64,000 bases of DNA from contig NC_135667.1 of assembly GCF_964188315.1 (NCBI RefSeq), forward strand, positions 16,802,001 through 16,866,000, read 5' to 3'. This document shows, piece by piece, positions 61,143-64,000 of the stretch (position 1 is the stretch's first letter; each line of letters opens with the position of its first letter). The notes beneath the pieces were generated by a model. The model ran no database searches, had not been told where the DNA came from, and saw nothing but the letters and a program-made list of their open reading frames with translations. Source of the stretch: Podarcis muralis. Taxonomy: Eukaryota. The position numbers and the translations under genes were made by a program.

Positions 61143-63288
61143 GTAACTTAAACTGCATCCAGTATTTTATCTTCTACGAAGTCACTTCTACGAAGTCACC
61201 TCTGGTCCTCCAGAAGGTGTTGGACTCCAACTCCCATGAGCACTAAGTCAGCATGACCATTGGTCAGGGATGATGGGAGATGTAGCCCAGCAACATCTGG
61301 AGAGCCACAAGTTCCCCAACCCTTCACCATCGCCAACTCAAGACTGGCTACTAAAAACCCAGCTTCTTGAGCACCCAGAGCTTTGGTGTTGGTACTTAGC
61401 ATTTTGAAACATTTCCTTTAGTTCCCAATGACCTCAGCTGATCCTTGCCCTTATCAATCCATTCACACACCTCAAACTCCTTGCATGCATCTGTTATCCA
61501 TGTAATCCTAAACTGAACTCCTGGGACAAGCAAGCTTTTTTCACCACTAGAGCGCATCCTTATTTCAATTTCCTTTACCTCAGCCCTATAGTGTCTACTT
61601 GATTTGTGGAGCTGTGAACCCCCATCCCCCAAGCTAAGTTTCCTGCTCCCCCCCCAAAAAAATCCAGACAACCCATGTTGGAAATCCTACTGCATCTCCA
61701 CAGAATCATGCAGACCTGTCCCTTACCTGGTAAATCTCAACTTACTGGATCACACTCCCTTTCCAGAGTTTGTTTCCTTTTCCTTACTGGGGCGGGTCCT
61801 ATTTGGTTATTAATTCAGTGGCTCTGGTTTGATTAACTGCCTTTTGTAACATGCATCTAAGTTCTAGCTATCCTTAATGCATCTAAATGTTGAAAATAAA
61901 ACCTTCTTTCTGTCACGCAGGGGGTGGAGCAGAGCTGGGCTACAGGCCAAGCCAGGTCTCCAGAGAAGGTGTGTTGTACTGAACTGGGATTGGGCTTTCC
62001 CCTTTTCCTTTCTGTCATGCTTTTTCTGCATGTTTTTCCGTTCCAGAGGTGGCTGCACCTCAGTGCTGGGTGAGGTACATTCATCCTGCGAACCTAGAGC
62101 CCTGAATGCCCACCCTCTATGCTCCCCATCTGCTCTTCCCTGTTGAAAAGATGTGGAGAAGAAGTGATTATCTGCCACCGTGCTTCTTTACTAGATACTA
62201 GTTTACTAGTTTGGAAAAAGTAGCATGTTCTTCATATCCCTTTCCTCCTCCTGTTACACTCCTGGGGTATACTTAGGAGAGGAATGAAGACCTACAGATG
62301 GGAAAACAATGACTTTAATTCTCTGGGCAGCAAGCCCAGAGCTCAGTGGCTTACAGGAAGGGATCCTAGAATTATTGGGAAAGGGTTTGAGGAACCTGAA
62401 ATTGGTTAGGGCTTGAGAGAAGGGAACTCATAGGTTTGAATTCTTCAGCATAAACACTTCTGGTTCCGTTCCCCCCCTTTGCTCATCACAATGTAGAGAA
62501 TCTTAGAAACCCGAAGACAGAATGTTTTGAATGCTAAATAACCAGAAAAGCGGGGAGTAGGCTAAACCAACCTCAGAAGTGGTATTTTCATATGATCTCC
62601 TGATGTTGCTGAACTACAACTTCTGTCAGCCCCTGTCAGTATGGCCATAAAGATGCAAAATGTAGTTCAGCAGTTTCTGGAGGGCAAAAGGTTCCTTGTA
62701 CTTGTCTTAGAGTTTATAATTCATTAATAAATATCAGAAGACAGAAGAGGAATCTCTCTCCCCCCCCCCCCCCATTTTATTGACTAAAGATCACTGTTTT
62801 GGAATTGACTGAGTTAGCAGCACGGAGAGGGGTTTTGAAATCACTTAAGTGATGTGAAGTTTTTAGCCACCTGCACACCCCAGATAAACGACCTCAAGGG
62901 TATTTTAACCCCATGGGCTATCTGCCTTATCTATGACCTGTTGACCCCAAACTGAGAGAGGTGAATGTGTCTGCATTCCAGATAAATGAAAACCAGAAAT
63001 ATGTTCAAATATTTAGATATCATATTTAAGCACCTTTTAATCCCCCAACTTTCTTACCAAAACTCCAAACAGTAACTGAGCAGTCTGGTATTTTGGGAGG
63101 GTTGGAATGAACTGCGCTGAGGCACCATTTTTGTTGATGGTGCACTTGACAAGAGTTAACATAAGCTCCCTACCTGCCGAAATAAAAAATGGGGTTGCTG
63201 CTCTGAGATGCTTACATTCTAGGTGTGTGAAGTGACAAAGGGATGTGAGGCAGGCATGGTCTTCACCCTTCCTCTTCTTCCTCTTCAG

Positions 63289-64000
63289 GTGCCTGGGAGT
63301 CCAACGGGTATACCGCTCCCTCTGAGATAGCTGACGAACCCAGTGTTCCCCTGAGCCCTTCCAACAGCCTCAACATCCGCAACCTCCAGTTGTCTGAGCG
63401 GGACCCTCCTGTTGCCCACCATCCCCACCGCTACCCTCATCGCTTTTACCATGCCCGCCCCTTCCATGCTACAGCGTACCGCAAGACCTACCGAGGCAGC
63501 CCCTCAGACCGCAAGGAATGGGGACCTAGCACAAACGGCCACCACTGTGCTCCTGAGAGCATCTCCAACGGGAGGTGGCAGCACCGGCGCCGTGGCTATT
63601 CCGACCCACCCTCCCCGTCGTCGTCTCCCGAATCCGAACGAGGCAGCACCGTCAAAGCCAGTGAGAAGCCTGCCGCCACATCTAATGCCGCCAACACAGC
63701 CAACGAGGATTCTGGGAAGGAAACATGGTCGCTCTTCCGGCCACTTCCCGCTTTCCCTGTCGATAGCAGCAGTGCCCGGATCATCCCCAAGATCTCTTAT
63801 GCCAGCAAGCTGAAAGAGAACCTGGATCAACCGGGGAAAGCCTGCCATGTTCCTGCCTCAGCCGTCCGCACCACCAATAGCCTCCCCAACTGTGTCTTGG
63901 CGCCACCCCCAAGTAGCCCCCCGCCATCTGACAGCAGTCGGCGACAGCACCTGGGAGCCATCTTTCAGAATGAGTGGGGCCTCTCCTTTATCAACGAGCC
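63289..64000 (+). CDS. NUFIP2-like coding exon 2 (continues past the window)
   Basis: ctcttcag|GT GCC TGG GAG...; stop-free for 236 codons; WSLFRPLPAFPVDSSSARIIPKISYASKLKENL (63726-63824) and LGAIFQNEWGLSFINEP (63951-64000). Confidence 0.88.

Larger units (their letters stand above)
61031..64000 (+). other. NUFIP2-family gene (divergent paralogue), incomplete at the right edge
   Basis: join(61031-61142,63289->64000) in frame; two hallmark NUFIP2 motifs in exon 2. Confidence 0.82.

Noticed and set aside
63285-63848. Listed ORFs 63412-63813 (+) and 63504-63848 (-)
   Set aside because: Wrong frames or strand; the real coding frame starts at 63291 and carries the NUFIP2 motifs.

Overview
Eukaryotic genomic DNA from a squamate reptile. 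Sauria SINEs, BovB, CR1, L2 and L1 repeats are present; a lacertid lizard is my inference from the repeat subfamilies. The window is a reshuffled counterpart of the human 16p11.2 block. Gene order: SEZ6L2 (-, coding exons 1-5, runs off the left edge), ASPHD1 (+, complete, 326 aa), PAGR1 (-, complete, 220 aa), KIF22 (+, complete, about 617 aa, head-to-head with PAGR1), KCTD13 (+, complete, 337 aa), and a NUFIP2-family gene (+, runs off the right edge). The main exon of the NUFIP2-family gene is missing from the ORF track because it has no Met. It looks like a divergent NUFIP2 ohnologue with no counterpart that I recall at human 16p11.2, and it is the top finding. Other highlights: a Chapaev3-type transposon with both termini and a TTA target-site duplication (TSD), containing a nested RTE-X-like LINE; clusters of RFX X-box half-sites between SEZ6L2 and ASPHD1; a 197-bp intronic hairpin in KIF22; and CLEAR/M-box motifs at the NUFIP2-like promoter. 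Exon boundaries were read by hand from GT/AG sites and phase continuity. Comparisons to human genes and repeat families are from memory, not from searches.
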